This document shows positions 40,190 through 50,097 of a stretch of 64,000 nucleotides of DNA, piece by piece. Origin of the DNA: an uncultured delta proteobacterium. Lineage in GTDB: Bacteria > Desulfobacterota > Binatia > UBA9968. The translations under genes and the position numbers were made by a program. Location: contig CAWDPO010000041.1 in NCBI GenBank assembly GCA_963804165.1, positions 96,001 through 160,000 of the forward strand, in the 5' to 3' direction. Position 1 is the stretch's first letter, and each line of letters opens with the position of its first letter. Under the pieces are notes generated by a model. It was not told the origin of the DNA. It did no database searches and worked only from the letters and a program-made list of their open reading frames with translations.

Positions 40190-41509
40190 ATGGCATACGC
40201 GGCAAAAGGTAGAACGAAAGAGTTTCCGGTGTTCGATTGCGACAGTCACATTTACGAGCCCCCGGAGATCTGGGACAAATATATTCCGCAGAACAACCGC
40301 GAATTCGCCAAGACGTGTTTTTACCGAGATGCGGACCGACTGTTCTTGGTGCGCAACGGCAAAATCAGCTTCAGAGATCCCGACAAGTGGAAATATCCCG
40401 GCGAAACGTGGCATCCGGGCTTGACGAAGAAGATCATCGGTGAGACGCAGCCGGGAACCAAAGATTGGGATGAAAAAATAGGCAGGAACAAAAGCGCCAG
40501 GGACCCGCACGCGCGATTGAAAGACATGGACGCCGCCGGCATCGACCAGGTGATGATTTTCCCGTCGACGTTTGTCTATTTGCCACTGGTCGAGAACGCC
40601 GACGCAGCGTACATCTGCGCGCGGGCCTATAACGATTGGGCCTACGATTACTGCAGCGCAGACAAAAGACGCCTCTATCCGGCGGCGGTCTTGCCGGTTC
40701 AAAATGTGGACTACGCTATCGAAGAGCTGCGGCGCGTGTCCAAACGCGGCTTCAAATCCGCTTTGGTTCGGCCGATTATCGCCCAGGGCAAATATCCGAC
40801 GTTTCCTGAGTTCGATCCGCTGTGGCGCGAGTTCGAAGAACTCGGCGTGGTGCTCGGCATGCACACGTTTCCATCCCGGGGCGAGGCGATGTCGCCTGAG
40901 TTGGGTGAGCGCATGGGCGCGAACCGCAAACGTTTGTTCGGCGACGAAGATTTAATGGTTTATTCGCCGGGACAGTTCGTGGCGAACATCATGCAGATCA
41001 TGGGCTCCAAACAGGCCGGCGATGCGGCCTATGGGTTTATCGCCGAGGCGATGACCTGGACCGGTGTCGTGCTCATGACCGGCTGGCTGGAAAAGTTTCC
41101 GCGTTTGAAAGTCGCGATCCTCGAATCCAACTCAAGTTGGCTGCCGCTGGTGTTGGAGAAGGCCGAAACTTATCTCGATCTGTACAAGCATTTGGGCGAG
41201 AAGATCGGCGATCCGCACGACGTGTTTTATAAACATTGTTTTATCGCGTTCGAAAGCGATGAAATCATCACTCTGCGCTTATGGGATCTCTACGAGAACA
41301 TCGCGCTCTGGTCTTCGGACATGCCGCATCTCGATGCGTCGGATGTTTGGGAAGCGATCGACAACATGAACAAATGGAAAGTGCCGCAGAACGTGCAGGA
41401 AAAAATGCTCGGCGGCAACGCCAGGCGCTTGTACGGCATCGAGCCGGAGCTCGTGGTCACTAAGGCGCCGGACGAATATCAGCCGCAGACGATGTCGCGG
41501 CACGCGTGA
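40190..41509 (+). CDS. Amidohydrolase_2 family protein
   Basis: FDCDSHIYEP, LGMH, WSSDMPH. Confidence 0.9.
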   Translation: MAYAAKGRTKEFPVFDCDSHIYEPPEIWDKYIPQNNREFAKTCFYRDADRLFLVRNGKISFRDPDKWKYPGETWHPGLTKKIIGETQPGTKDWDEKIGRNKSARDPHARLKDMDAAGIDQVMIFPSTFVYLPLVENADAAYICARAYNDWAYDYCSADKRRLYPAAVLPVQNVDYAIEELRRVSKRGFKSALVRPIIAQGKYPTFPEFDPLWREFEELGVVLGMHTFPSRGEAMSPELGERMGANRKRLFGDEDLMVYSPGQFVANIMQIMGSKQAGDAAYGFIAEAMTWTGVVLMTGWLEKFPRLKVAILESNSSWLPLVLEKAETYLDLYKHLGEKIGDPHDVFYKHCFIAFESDEIITLRLWDLYENIALWSSDMPHLDASDVWEAIDNMNKWKVPQNVQEKMLGGNARRLYGIEPELVVTKAPDEYQPQTMSRHA

Positions 41510-41524
41510 GCTGCATGTTGAAAA

Positions 41525-41600
41525 CGTTCAAGCCGTTCAAATCGTTCAAACCGTAGGGGGCATTGAATTGCGTAAGGGCGCAGCATGCTGCGCCCTCTAC
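41525..41600. repeat. 9-mer tandem (CGTTCAA..) plus GTAG-type REP
   Basis: CGTTCAAGC CGTTCAAAT CGTTCAAAC; AGGGCGCAGCATGCTGCGCCCT. Confidence 0.75.
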
Positions 41601-42593
41601 CGTTTGTAGAGCTGCTTCACGAAGCCCGTGGCTTCGACTTCGCGCACCAGGCTTGCGTCGACGAACGCGCGCGGGATCGGCGGCGGCGGCCTTGGGGTCG
41701 CGCGGCGCCATGTCATCGAGTAACGTTTTCACACCTTCCGGAGTCGGCAGTAAGTTATCGGGATAGGCCGCCGTGTAGGTTTGCCAAGCGCGCTCGAGAC
41801 CTTCCTGATCAGATATGCGCAGATACTTGCCCCAGATCGCTTTAGATTCTTCTTTGTTGGTTTTGTTGAAGTGAATCGCCTCGATCATCGCGCGCGTGAA
41901 TTTTAGTAGCAGCGGCCGCTTGGCTTTGACGATCGCCTCGCGCGACAGTACGCCGTTCCACCAAAAGGGAATCTTCAACGACCCGATATCGAACAAGTGG
42001 CGAAAACCCAACTGCAATGCCTGGCGGACGAACGGTTCGGGCATGATCGTGAAGTTGATGACCCCTTTAGTCAGAGCGGCGAATCGTTCGGGATTGCCGC
42101 CGGCGGTGATGATCTTGGCGTCTTTATCCGGATCGATATGCAATCGGCGCAGCGCGAAGCGCAACCCCATATCCGAAGTGCTGCCGATGCGATTGACGCC
42201 GCCGATCTTGCCCTTGAGCTGGTCGGGGGCAGTAATATTTTGCTGCGCAATGATGTGATCGACAAATGTGCGGACGATTCCCAGGATCATCACGGTATCG
42301 GCGCCGGCAAGGCGCGAGCTGACGAGCGTCGTCACCGAGATCGCCGAGACATCGATCTCGCCGGCGAGCAAAGCTTGCAAAACGATCGGGCTGGCGCTGA
42401 TGCTGATGATCTCAGGCTCGACGCCATATTTTTGCAGCAGCTTCTTCTCTTGAAGCACCCATACCGCCGCGTTGGCCGGACTCGCACCGGCCCAGGCAAT
42501 GCGAATTTTTTCTTGAGCGAAAAGGTCGATCGCTTGCAAGGAAGAAGCGACGAGGAGAGTTATCAGGAAAAGTTTACCGGCCACGTTTTTCAC
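41597..42593 (-). CDS. NMT1/THI5/SsuA-like substrate-binding protein (frameshift near 41670)
   Basis: LKGKIGGVNRIGS; family-like C-terminus FVDASLVREVEATGFVKQLYKR is in the shifted frame. Confidence 0.85.
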
Positions 42594-42643
42594 CTCGTCG
42601 TGGATCTAATCTGATTCGGTCAGCGATTCCTCGGCGATGTGAA

Positions 42644-43378
42644 CTACCCTGGCATTTCCGCGAGCAAGCGCCCGTATCCCGGAATCCGGTGACGCAAACC
42701 GAGACACAGTTGCGTTCCCCAAGCGCGGGCTGGCCCGGCGTGGACGACGGTTAGGCCGGTGTCTTTTTCCAGGCGATCGATGATCTCGACGGTCTTCCAC
42801 GCTGAGCCAAGCATGTAGATGCCGTCAGCATCTTTGTGCTTTGCGGCGATGCGTTTCATGAATTCAAGTATTTGCTCGGGCGGCACGCTCGGAACGGCGG
42901 CGAAGGGCGAATCGATGCCTTCCATCGCCAGCACTTGGAATCCGGCATCGGTGAAATAGCGAGCGAAGACGTTGTTCATTTTCTCCGGGAAATAACTGGC
43001 GCCAACGAACTTCTTCATGCCAAGAGTGCGCAGCGCATGCACGTGGTTCTGTCCCGACGTAAACATCTGCACGCCGTACTTCTTTTCCCAGGCGCTAATC
43101 AGCTCCTGTTCTTTCTGATAGCCGAGCAGCATAAACGGCGGCGCACCGCTCGGACGGACGAGGTCTGCGCCCATTTTGGCGAACTCCGCCGCTTTCGCTT
43201 CATAGCCCGGCATGGACGTGCTGAACTCTTCCTCCGTGCCGCGGGTGAAGTTCATCGTCGAAGACAAAAATTTGATTTTCGCCGGTATCAACGTGTCGAG
43301 ATCGAGCTCCTGACCCGCTTCGGGCCGATTGGTGGGTCGGACGGTGCCCACGAGGTATTCTTTTTGAGCTTCAGTCAT
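42644..43378 (-). CDS. Maleate isomerase/AMDase-fold protein lacking catalytic Cys
   Basis: RBS AAGGAG; SGAPPF, LEKDTGLTVV, IPGYGRLL. Confidence 0.8.
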   Translation of the reverse strand: MTEAQKEYLVGTVRPTNRPEAGQELDLDTLIPAKIKFLSSTMNFTRGTEEEFSTSMPGYEAKAAEFAKMGADLVRPSGAPPFMLLGYQKEQELISAWEKKYGVQMFTSGQNHVHALRTLGMKKFVGASYFPEKMNNVFARYFTDAGFQVLAMEGIDSPFAAVPSVPPEQILEFMKRIAAKHKDADGIYMLGSAWKTVEIIDRLEKDTGLTVVHAGPARAWGTQLCLGLRHRIPGYGRLLAEMPG

Positions 43379-43527
43379 GATCTTTCTCCTTTGCAGATAC
43401 TCAAATTGTTTGTCGGTGACCGGATCTAACCACTTGTGCGGAGTTGGCGTCAAGCGCAGCGAGGCAGATAACTGGACAATTCCGCGGCGGACAACTATTA
43501 TTCGAGCCTTCCAAGCGAATGTCTCGA

Positions 43528-44373
43528 ATGAACCCAAGAAGCATTCAAATAGGATTCATCGGCCTCGGACGCATGGGCAAGCCGATGGCCATCAACATTC
43601 TCCGCGCTGGTTTTGCTCTCACTGTTTATGATTTGCGTGAAGAGCCAGTTAGAGAATTGGCTGACCTCGGCGCTCAAGCGACCCGCTCGCCGAAGGAAGC
43701 GGCCGAAGTGGCGGATATCGTTGCAATCGCAGTCGTGGACGATGCTCAAGTAGAAGACGTGATGACAGGGCAGCGCGGCGTGCTTGAAGGCGCTCGGCCT
43801 GAAACTGTCATCGCGATCCACAGCACGATTTTGCCCCCTACGGTTCGACGACTCGCTGAAGCCGGTCATAAAAAAGATGTCCATGTCATCGACGCGCCGG
43901 TGAGTGGGGGCGAAGCCGGCGCCAGGCAAAAGTCGCTCTGTTATATGGTCGGCGGCGAGCAGGTACTTGTCGAGCGGTGCCGCGTGGTGTTCGCCACATC
44001 CGCGTCGAATATTTTCCATATGGGTGCTCTGGGCAGCGGCGCCACGGCGAAGATGATTGTACAGGTCGTAACCTGTATCAATATGCTGGCCGCGCATGAG
44101 GCCGAGCTGCTCGCAGGCAAATGCGATTTAGACTTCGCGACAGTGCAGAAAGTGTTGCACCTGAGCTCGGCGCAGAGCTTCGTTGCCGACAATTGGCTTG
44201 ACCGGTTTAAGCTGCCTGAGGATCCAATGGAGATTCGACGCCGGCGCACGGAGGTTTTTCAGAAAAGCCTCGGGCCGGCGCTTGCGCTGGCACAGCAGCT
44301 TGGTTTGTCGCTTCCCGGCGCGACTTTAACGGAGCAGCTGTTGCCGCGAATCATGGGCATCGAAGAATCGTAG
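43528..44373 (+). CDS. 3-hydroxyisobutyrate dehydrogenase-family oxidoreductase
   Basis: GFIGLGRMGKPMA, DAPVSGG, MVGG. Confidence 0.92.
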   Translation: MNPRSIQIGFIGLGRMGKPMAINILRAGFALTVYDLREEPVRELADLGAQATRSPKEAAEVADIVAIAVVDDAQVEDVMTGQRGVLEGARPETVIAIHSTILPPTVRRLAEAGHKKDVHVIDAPVSGGEAGARQKSLCYMVGGEQVLVERCRVVFATSASNIFHMGALGSGATAKMIVQVVTCINMLAAHEAELLAGKCDLDFATVQKVLHLSSAQSFVADNWLDRFKLPEDPMEIRRRRTEVFQKSLGPALALAQQLGLSLPGATLTEQLLPRIMGIEES

Positions 44374-44413
44374 GCGATTGGTTTTCGTCCTCCAATTAGA
44401 GAAAGACATTTAC

Positions 44414-45400
44414 ATGGGAGATCAGGTAAGAATCGCATCTGCACTTTTGTTGTTCTTCCTGTTCGCGTGGTCGAAAGAGGGATTAGCAGAAACGGTCAAA
44501 ATCGCGATACCGAGCACGACACAAGCCGTGCTGCCGTTCACGATCGCGCGCGATAAAGGCTACTATCGCGCCGAAGGGTTGGACGTCGAACTCATTCTAG
44601 TGAGTGCGCCCATCGCTAGCCGCGCCTTGTTGAGCGGCGATGTCACGGTCGCTACCGTGGGAGGTGCAGGTCTACCACCCGTTTTGCGCGGTTCGCCTTT
44701 CAAATTTTTGTTTACGACCTACCACCGGGCGATGTTTTGGCTCTATGCCAAGTCGGAGATCCGCGACGTGAAAGGGCTGAAAAATAAGCGCGTCGGCGTC
44801 TCCGGCATCGGCAGCGGCCCCGATTCATTGCTGCGGGAAATCTTGCGGCAAAATGGCCTCGACCCCAATCGCGATGTCACGGTACTGAGTCTCGGAGTGA
44901 TGCCGACGATCTTTTCCGGGCTGCAAAGCGGGATCGTCGATGCCGCGATGCTTTCGCCGCCAGTTACGTTTAAGGCTCACGAGTCTGGGTTTCGTGAGTT
45001 GGTTTCATTTCCAAAGCAGGATTTGGTCGAACTGCAAGGCAGCGTCCTCGTCCGAGATGCCTCGCTGCAATCGGATCCGGCGCAGATGGAGAAATTTCTC
45101 CGCGGCACGTACAAAGGATTTCTTCACATCAAAGAAAATCGTGCGGCGACGCTTCCCTTTATCGCGCGCTATTTACAAGTTAATGACAGAGTCGCGGCTA
45201 CCGCATACGATCAAGTCGTGAGACCGGCGATGACTCAAGACGGAACGCTAAGCGCGGAGATGCAAGCTAAAGCCGTCGAGCATGTGCTCAAGCGCCTCGA
45301 TCTCAAGGAAGCACCGCCGTTGGCAAAGATTTTTGATTTTTCACTGACGCGGAAAGTTATGGCAGAATTGCAATCGAAGAATTGGCGGCCCGGAGCCTAG
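44414..45400 (+). CDS. NMT1/THI5/SsuA-like substrate-binding protein
   Basis: Signal peptide; KGYYRAEGLDVE, LKNKRVGVSGIGS. Confidence 0.88.
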   Translation: MGDQVRIASALLLFFLFAWSKEGLAETVKIAIPSTTQAVLPFTIARDKGYYRAEGLDVELILVSAPIASRALLSGDVTVATVGGAGLPPVLRGSPFKFLFTTYHRAMFWLYAKSEIRDVKGLKNKRVGVSGIGSGPDSLLREILRQNGLDPNRDVTVLSLGVMPTIFSGLQSGIVDAAMLSPPVTFKAHESGFRELVSFPKQDLVELQGSVLVRDASLQSDPAQMEKFLRGTYKGFLHIKENRAATLPFIARYLQVNDRVAATAYDQVVRPAMTQDGTLSAEMQAKAVEHVLKRLDLKEAPPLAKIFDFSLTRKVMAELQSKNWRPGA

Positions 45401-45441
45401 ATTGTTGGATTGCCGTAAGTCACGAAGCGAGCATATCTACT

Positions 45442-46398
45442 ATGGCCTTGAAACTCAGCATGACGTGCGCGCTCTACGATCGTAGCCAGCCGCTCATCGA
45501 TGGCCGGATCAAACCGCGGGACATCGATTTGGACATACACGTCAATTCGGATGACCGCAGCCGGCAGCGCGACGCGCGTGAAGGAAAATTCGACATCGCC
45601 GAGTTCTTCACCGGCATCTACGTGGCCGACATCGAATATCAAACGCTCGGGCTCACGGCGATTCCCATCTTCGTCAAGCGCATGTTTCGCCACTCGTATA
45701 TCTACATCAACAAACACGCCGGGATTTGCTCTCCGAGGGATCTTAATGGCAAGCGAGTCGGCACTCAGACCTGGTTCACCACTACGGCTCTCTGGGCGCG
45801 CGGCATCTTAGAGGATGAATACGGCGTCGATCTCAGATCGATTCTATGGGTTGCCAATTGGGCAGAAAAGATCGGTAACTGGCAACCGCCGTCGTGGCTC
45901 AAGCTTGAGATCGCGCCGCAAGGAGCGAAACTTCATGATTTGCTGATGGCTGGTGTTATCGATGCTGGGATCACTACGGAAACTTGGGCGCCGTTCGGCC
46001 AGCCAGATATAGATTTCTTGCTGCCGAACTATGCCGACGAGGAAAGAGCTTATTTCAAAAAGACCGGCTTCTTTCCGATCCAGCATACACTCGTGATCAA
46101 AAACACGGTGCTGGAAAAATATCCCTGGGTGGCGATGAGTATGTTCGATGCCTGGCAGGAATCGAAGCAAGAATGTTATCGCTGGCTCGATCGGCAACGG
46201 GTGCACCAGACCGGCTTATGGTATCGATCGCTCTGGGAAGAGGAGCGCGCGATTGCCGGCCCCGATCCGTACGTGTGGGGATTCAAGAAAACGCGCGCCG
46301 AAGTGGACAAGATGCTCGATTATACGTTTCGCCAGGGCTTGGTATCGCGGAGATTTCAGCCTGAGAATGTCTTTCATCCTAGCACGTTGGATACTTAG
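45442..46398 (+). CDS. 4,5-dihydroxyphthalate decarboxylase (PhtD/OphC)-like protein
   Basis: YDRSQPLIDGRIK, AIPIFVKRMFRHS, TTALWARGIL, TGFFPIQH. Confidence 0.82.
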   Translation: MALKLSMTCALYDRSQPLIDGRIKPRDIDLDIHVNSDDRSRQRDAREGKFDIAEFFTGIYVADIEYQTLGLTAIPIFVKRMFRHSYIYINKHAGICSPRDLNGKRVGTQTWFTTTALWARGILEDEYGVDLRSILWVANWAEKIGNWQPPSWLKLEIAPQGAKLHDLLMAGVIDAGITTETWAPFGQPDIDFLLPNYADEERAYFKKTGFFPIQHTLVIKNTVLEKYPWVAMSMFDAWQESKQECYRWLDRQRVHQTGLWYRSLWEEERAIAGPDPYVWGFKKTRAEVDKMLDYTFRQGLVSRRFQPENVFHPSTLDT

Positions 46399-46416
46399 AA
46401 GACAAAGAACTACGAC

Positions 46417-46462
46417 TGTTCAAGCCGTTCAAGCAGTTCAAAACGTTCAAGCCGTTTGAACG
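46417..46462. repeat. 9-mer tandem (GTTCAA core)
   Basis: TGTTCAAGC CGTTCAAGC AGTTCAAAA CGTTCAAGC then inverted TTGAACG. Confidence 0.8.
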
Positions 46463-46491
46463 GAGGGCAGCGGTTCAGAGACGAGGCAAAA

Positions 46492-47625
46492 ATGGAATTT
46501 AGCGAAGTAGTTCATACCGGTCCGGGAACATTGGCCGGCCGTTATTTGCGAATGTTTTGGCAGCCGGTTTGTTGTTCCTACGAGCTTGCGTCAGGCCGAG
46601 CGCTGCCGGTCCGAATCTTAGGTGAAGACTTCACGGTCTATCGCGGCGACAGCGGCGTTCCGCACCTGGTGGGGCCGCGTTGCGCGCACCGTGGCACGCA
46701 ACTTTCTGTCGGTTCGGTCGAAGGCGAGGGCATCCGCTGTTTCTATCATGGCTGGAAATACGAAGGCTCTGGGCAATGCGTCGAGCAGCCCGCGGAAGGA
46801 CAATCGTTCGCGGAAAAGGTCCGCATTCCGAGCTATCCGGTGCAAGAATACATCGGGCTCGTTTTCGCATATCTTGGAGAAGGCGAGCCGCCGCCATTGC
46901 CGCGCTATCCGAAGTTTGAAAGCCCTGATGTTTCGCTCGACGTGGCTGGGCTGCGGCGGATCTGCAACTACTTCAACAACATCGACAATTCTTTAGACAG
47001 CGTCCACGTGCGCTTCGTGCATCAAAGGCATCGCGACTCGGTGGACGATCACGTCGTGCTTGGCGATCCGGTCATTTCCGTCGAAGAGTCGGATTGGGGC
47101 GTCAGACGCTACGTCAAATATCCCGACGGCAAGGACCTAACGTTTTTCTTCGGCATGCCGAACATCAACTTTATCAACGGCCAAGTGGTCGATCCGGTGA
47201 TCAAGCGGGCCAACGTGATTGTATTCAAGGTTCCCGTGGACGACGAAAATCATATTCACTTCGAAGTTCGCGCCATTCCGCTTACAGGCGAGAGCGGCCG
47301 TGCGTGGATCGAAGAACGGCGAGAGTGGCGTGCGCAGGCAGAAAGAGATCGGCCGGAGCTCGTCCGGGCGATTCTCTCCGGAAAACTTCGGCTCAGCGAC
47401 GTGGATCCCAACCGCGTCGATTTTGTCATGTTGGAAGACGAAGTAGCTCAAACCGGCCAGGGATCGATCGCCGTGCGCAGCAACGAACACCTCGGCCGCA
47501 GCGACCGCGGCGTTTTTCTTCTGCGGAAGATTTGGGAGCGCGAGCTCAGAAACTTAGCTGAAAATCGCCCGCTCAAACAGTGGGTTTACCGGCCGGATAT
47601 GGTGCCGACGTATCCAAACACGTAA
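46492..47625 (+). CDS. Rieske oxygenase alpha subunit (phthalate 4,5-dioxygenase/LigXa-like)
   Basis: TGPGTLAGRYLR, CAHRG...CFYHGW, DSVHVRFVH, EHLGRSDRGV. Confidence 0.9.
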   Translation: MEFSEVVHTGPGTLAGRYLRMFWQPVCCSYELASGRALPVRILGEDFTVYRGDSGVPHLVGPRCAHRGTQLSVGSVEGEGIRCFYHGWKYEGSGQCVEQPAEGQSFAEKVRIPSYPVQEYIGLVFAYLGEGEPPPLPRYPKFESPDVSLDVAGLRRICNYFNNIDNSLDSVHVRFVHQRHRDSVDDHVVLGDPVISVEESDWGVRRYVKYPDGKDLTFFFGMPNINFINGQVVDPVIKRANVIVFKVPVDDENHIHFEVRAIPLTGESGRAWIEERREWRAQAERDRPELVRAILSGKLRLSDVDPNRVDFVMLEDEVAQTGQGSIAVRSNEHLGRSDRGVFLLRKIWERELRNLAENRPLKQWVYRPDMVPTYPNT

Positions 47626-47670
47626 CGATGCTTTGGTTCTTGCTTAGAGTAAACGATAAATTGCGTTCGG

Positions 47671-48663
47671 CTATGCTGCCTCTTCCGGAGCCCCGCCCGA
47701 TTTTGCCAGGTCTTCGACCTTGATTTTTTCAACGTTCATTTTCTCCGCGGCTTTCGTCATTCGATCCATCACTTCGTCGAAGCTCAGCGGCGGAGCATCT
47801 TTGGGACGGAAGCGGATCGGGTTGATGCGCGCGACGACGAAGCTTTTGAGATAAGGGCTGGTGAGACCTTTGGCTTTGAGCGCTTCGACTTTTTCGACGA
47901 CGGTCTTATCTAAATCCATCAGCGCTTTGGCCCGTTCGCGGCGGATTTCGATCGACGATTCGAGCGGCTTCTTCAGGAACTGGTCGGAGCGCCGGAGGAT
48001 CGGATGATAGGCGCCGCCGCTGAAGCGGCCGTTTTCTAGGTAGCAGAGGCCGAGCGTAATCAGCGCGGCTTCTTCGAACTCGAGCGCGTAGGTTTCTTCC
48101 GTTGCGTCATCCAGCGTCGCCAACTCCTGATACATTTTGATCACTTCAAGAGAGCGCTCGCGGAGGTTGTGCGCTTTCTCGGTATTGAGCGCGAGGATCT
48201 GATAAGCGGCGGAAGTCTCCGGCACGACGATGCCGACGATACATTTGGCGCCGAGCGTTCTCATGGCCGACAGGCGATGATTGCCGTTGGGTGTCCAATA
48301 GCGAATATTGCTGTCTTTAGTCTCCTTGCGCACGACGATGATCGGATCGAGAAAGCGGCCGAGCTTGGCAACGACGCCTTCAAGCTTGCGCACGTGCGTG
48401 TCCGACAGATTGCGTTGATAGGGAGTCGGCTCGACTTGGTCGATCGGCAACGCCGCCAAGACCAGCCATTGTCCGCCGAAAGGTTCACGGTACTTTGCGA
48501 GAACTTTGCCGCCGTCCTGATCGATGGCTTGCTCAAGGTCTTCGACCGCGGTCGGCGACGCCGTCGCCAGCAGCTCTCTGGCCGAGAGTCCGATGGATTG
48601 ACCAGCGAGCTTGCGTCGTTTGCGCGGCGCGCCGGTCTTTTTCTTGGCTTTTTTTTCGGCCAT
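47671..48663 (-). CDS. Stand-alone ParB/Srx N-terminal-domain protein
   Basis: VEPTPYQR, GRFLDPIIV, TPNGNHRLSAM, LALNTEK. Confidence 0.75.
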   Translation of the reverse strand: MAEKKAKKKTGAPRKRRKLAGQSIGLSARELLATASPTAVEDLEQAIDQDGGKVLAKYREPFGGQWLVLAALPIDQVEPTPYQRNLSDTHVRKLEGVVAKLGRFLDPIIVVRKETKDSNIRYWTPNGNHRLSAMRTLGAKCIVGIVVPETSAAYQILALNTEKAHNLRERSLEVIKMYQELATLDDATEETYALEFEEAALITLGLCYLENGRFSGGAYHPILRRSDQFLKKPLESSIEIRRERAKALMDLDKTVVEKVEALKAKGLTSPYLKSFVVARINPIRFRPKDAPPLSFDEVMDRMTKAAEKMNVEKIKVEDLAKSGGAPEEAA

Positions 48664-48704
48664 ATAGGAGTCTTACTTGCCGCTTCTGACTAACACATGA
48701 GCGG

Positions 48705-49973
48705 CTATTGTTCCAAGCGACGGATCGCCGGCATATAGAGCGCTACGGCGAGGGCCATGCCCGCGACCATGACGCCGCCGATCCCGACCGCGGTCGGTGC
48801 GCCGGCGAATTCCGCGATGGCCCCGGCGATGATTCCGCCCACAGGCATCAGTTCCCACGCGAGGCCGTAAATGCCCATGACGCGGCCGCGCAACTGGTTT
48901 GGCAAATTGACCTGCAGAATGGTGCTGATCGTCGTCATGTAGAATTGGCTGGTGGCGCCGAGCGCAAGAGCGAGCGCCAAAGAAAGCAGATACGATTCAG
49001 ACAACGCGAAGGATATCAGAACAATGCCGAACGCCATGGCGCCGACGAGGGCTTGACGTCCCCGGCCGCGGGAATGAGAAAACCATGCGACCGCGACGAC
49101 GCCGATGAACGCGCCCGCGCCGCCGGCGCTTTGCAGGAAGCCAAAACCCTGGGAGCCGACGTCCAAGACGTCGCGCGCAAATACCGGCATAAGGATCAAA
49201 TACGACATGCCGAAAACACTGTTAAAAAAGATCATGCCGATGAACGTATAGTAGATTTGATTTTTGCGGATAAAGTTGAGGCCCTCGGCCATGTGCTCGA
49301 TGACGCCACCGACCGACGGCGTGGTTAAAGACGATGTCAGGCGGATGCCCAGCCAAAGGCAAACGGCGCAAAGAGAAGCGCAAAAGCAAAAGTAGTAAGT
49401 CGGGCCGATACCGATAACATAAATCATCATGCCCGCAACCGCCGGGCCGACAAGCCGATTTAGTTGCCAGATCGTGCCGCCGACGGCGACCGCATTCGGG
49501 ATATCGTCGTTCGGCACCATCTGTGGTAGGAGCGCCATGCGGCTGGGCCTATCGAACGCGCGCACGCAGCCCGAAAGGAAAGCAAGGCTCATGACGTGCC
49601 AGAGCGCTACCCATTCGAGGACGATTAGGGTGGCGAGGAGAAAGAACGTCGATGCAGAGATGCTCTGGGACAGAATCATGATGCGGCGGCGATCGGTGCG
49701 GTCGGCAATGACGCCACCTAAGAGAGTCAGAGCTATCGTCGGCGCTGCGAAGCTCAAACCGGTGAGACCTAACAGCAAGGGCGAATCGGTCAGCTCAAGC
49801 ACTAGCCAACTCTGCGCGACCCCTTCCATGTTCTGCGCCAGCACCGAAGAAAGCTGACCGAACCAATAGAGTCGGTAATTGCGATGGCGCAATGCGCTCA
49901 ACGCTTGGCGCAAACGTTCGCTTCCGGAGACCGTGCTGACGGCGGCTTTTGACATAGACGCTTGTTCGCTCAT
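48705..49973 (-). CDS. MFS transporter (MFS_3/EntS-like)
   Basis: ALRHRNYRLY, GGVIADRTDRRRI, LRGRVMG. Confidence 0.92.
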   Translation of the reverse strand: MSEQASMSKAAVSTVSGSERLRQALSALRHRNYRLYWFGQLSSVLAQNMEGVAQSWLVLELTDSPLLLGLTGLSFAAPTIALTLLGGVIADRTDRRRIMILSQSISASTFFLLATLIVLEWVALWHVMSLAFLSGCVRAFDRPSRMALLPQMVPNDDIPNAVAVGGTIWQLNRLVGPAVAGMMIYVIGIGPTYYFCFCASLCAVCLWLGIRLTSSLTTPSVGGVIEHMAEGLNFIRKNQIYYTFIGMIFFNSVFGMSYLILMPVFARDVLDVGSQGFGFLQSAGGAGAFIGVVAVAWFSHSRGRGRQALVGAMAFGIVLISFALSESYLLSLALALALGATSQFYMTTISTILQVNLPNQLRGRVMGIYGLAWELMPVGGIIAGAIAEFAGAPTAVGIGGVMVAGMALAVALYMPAIRRLEQ

Positions 49974-50097
49974 GTACGATAAATTGCGCCATTGTTCATA
50001 AATGCCACGACTCTGTCAAAGCCCGCGCGAGACTTTTATTGTGACGAATGCTACTTTTGGTGCGCAACGGACATCCAAAACACAAAGGTGATTCGAC

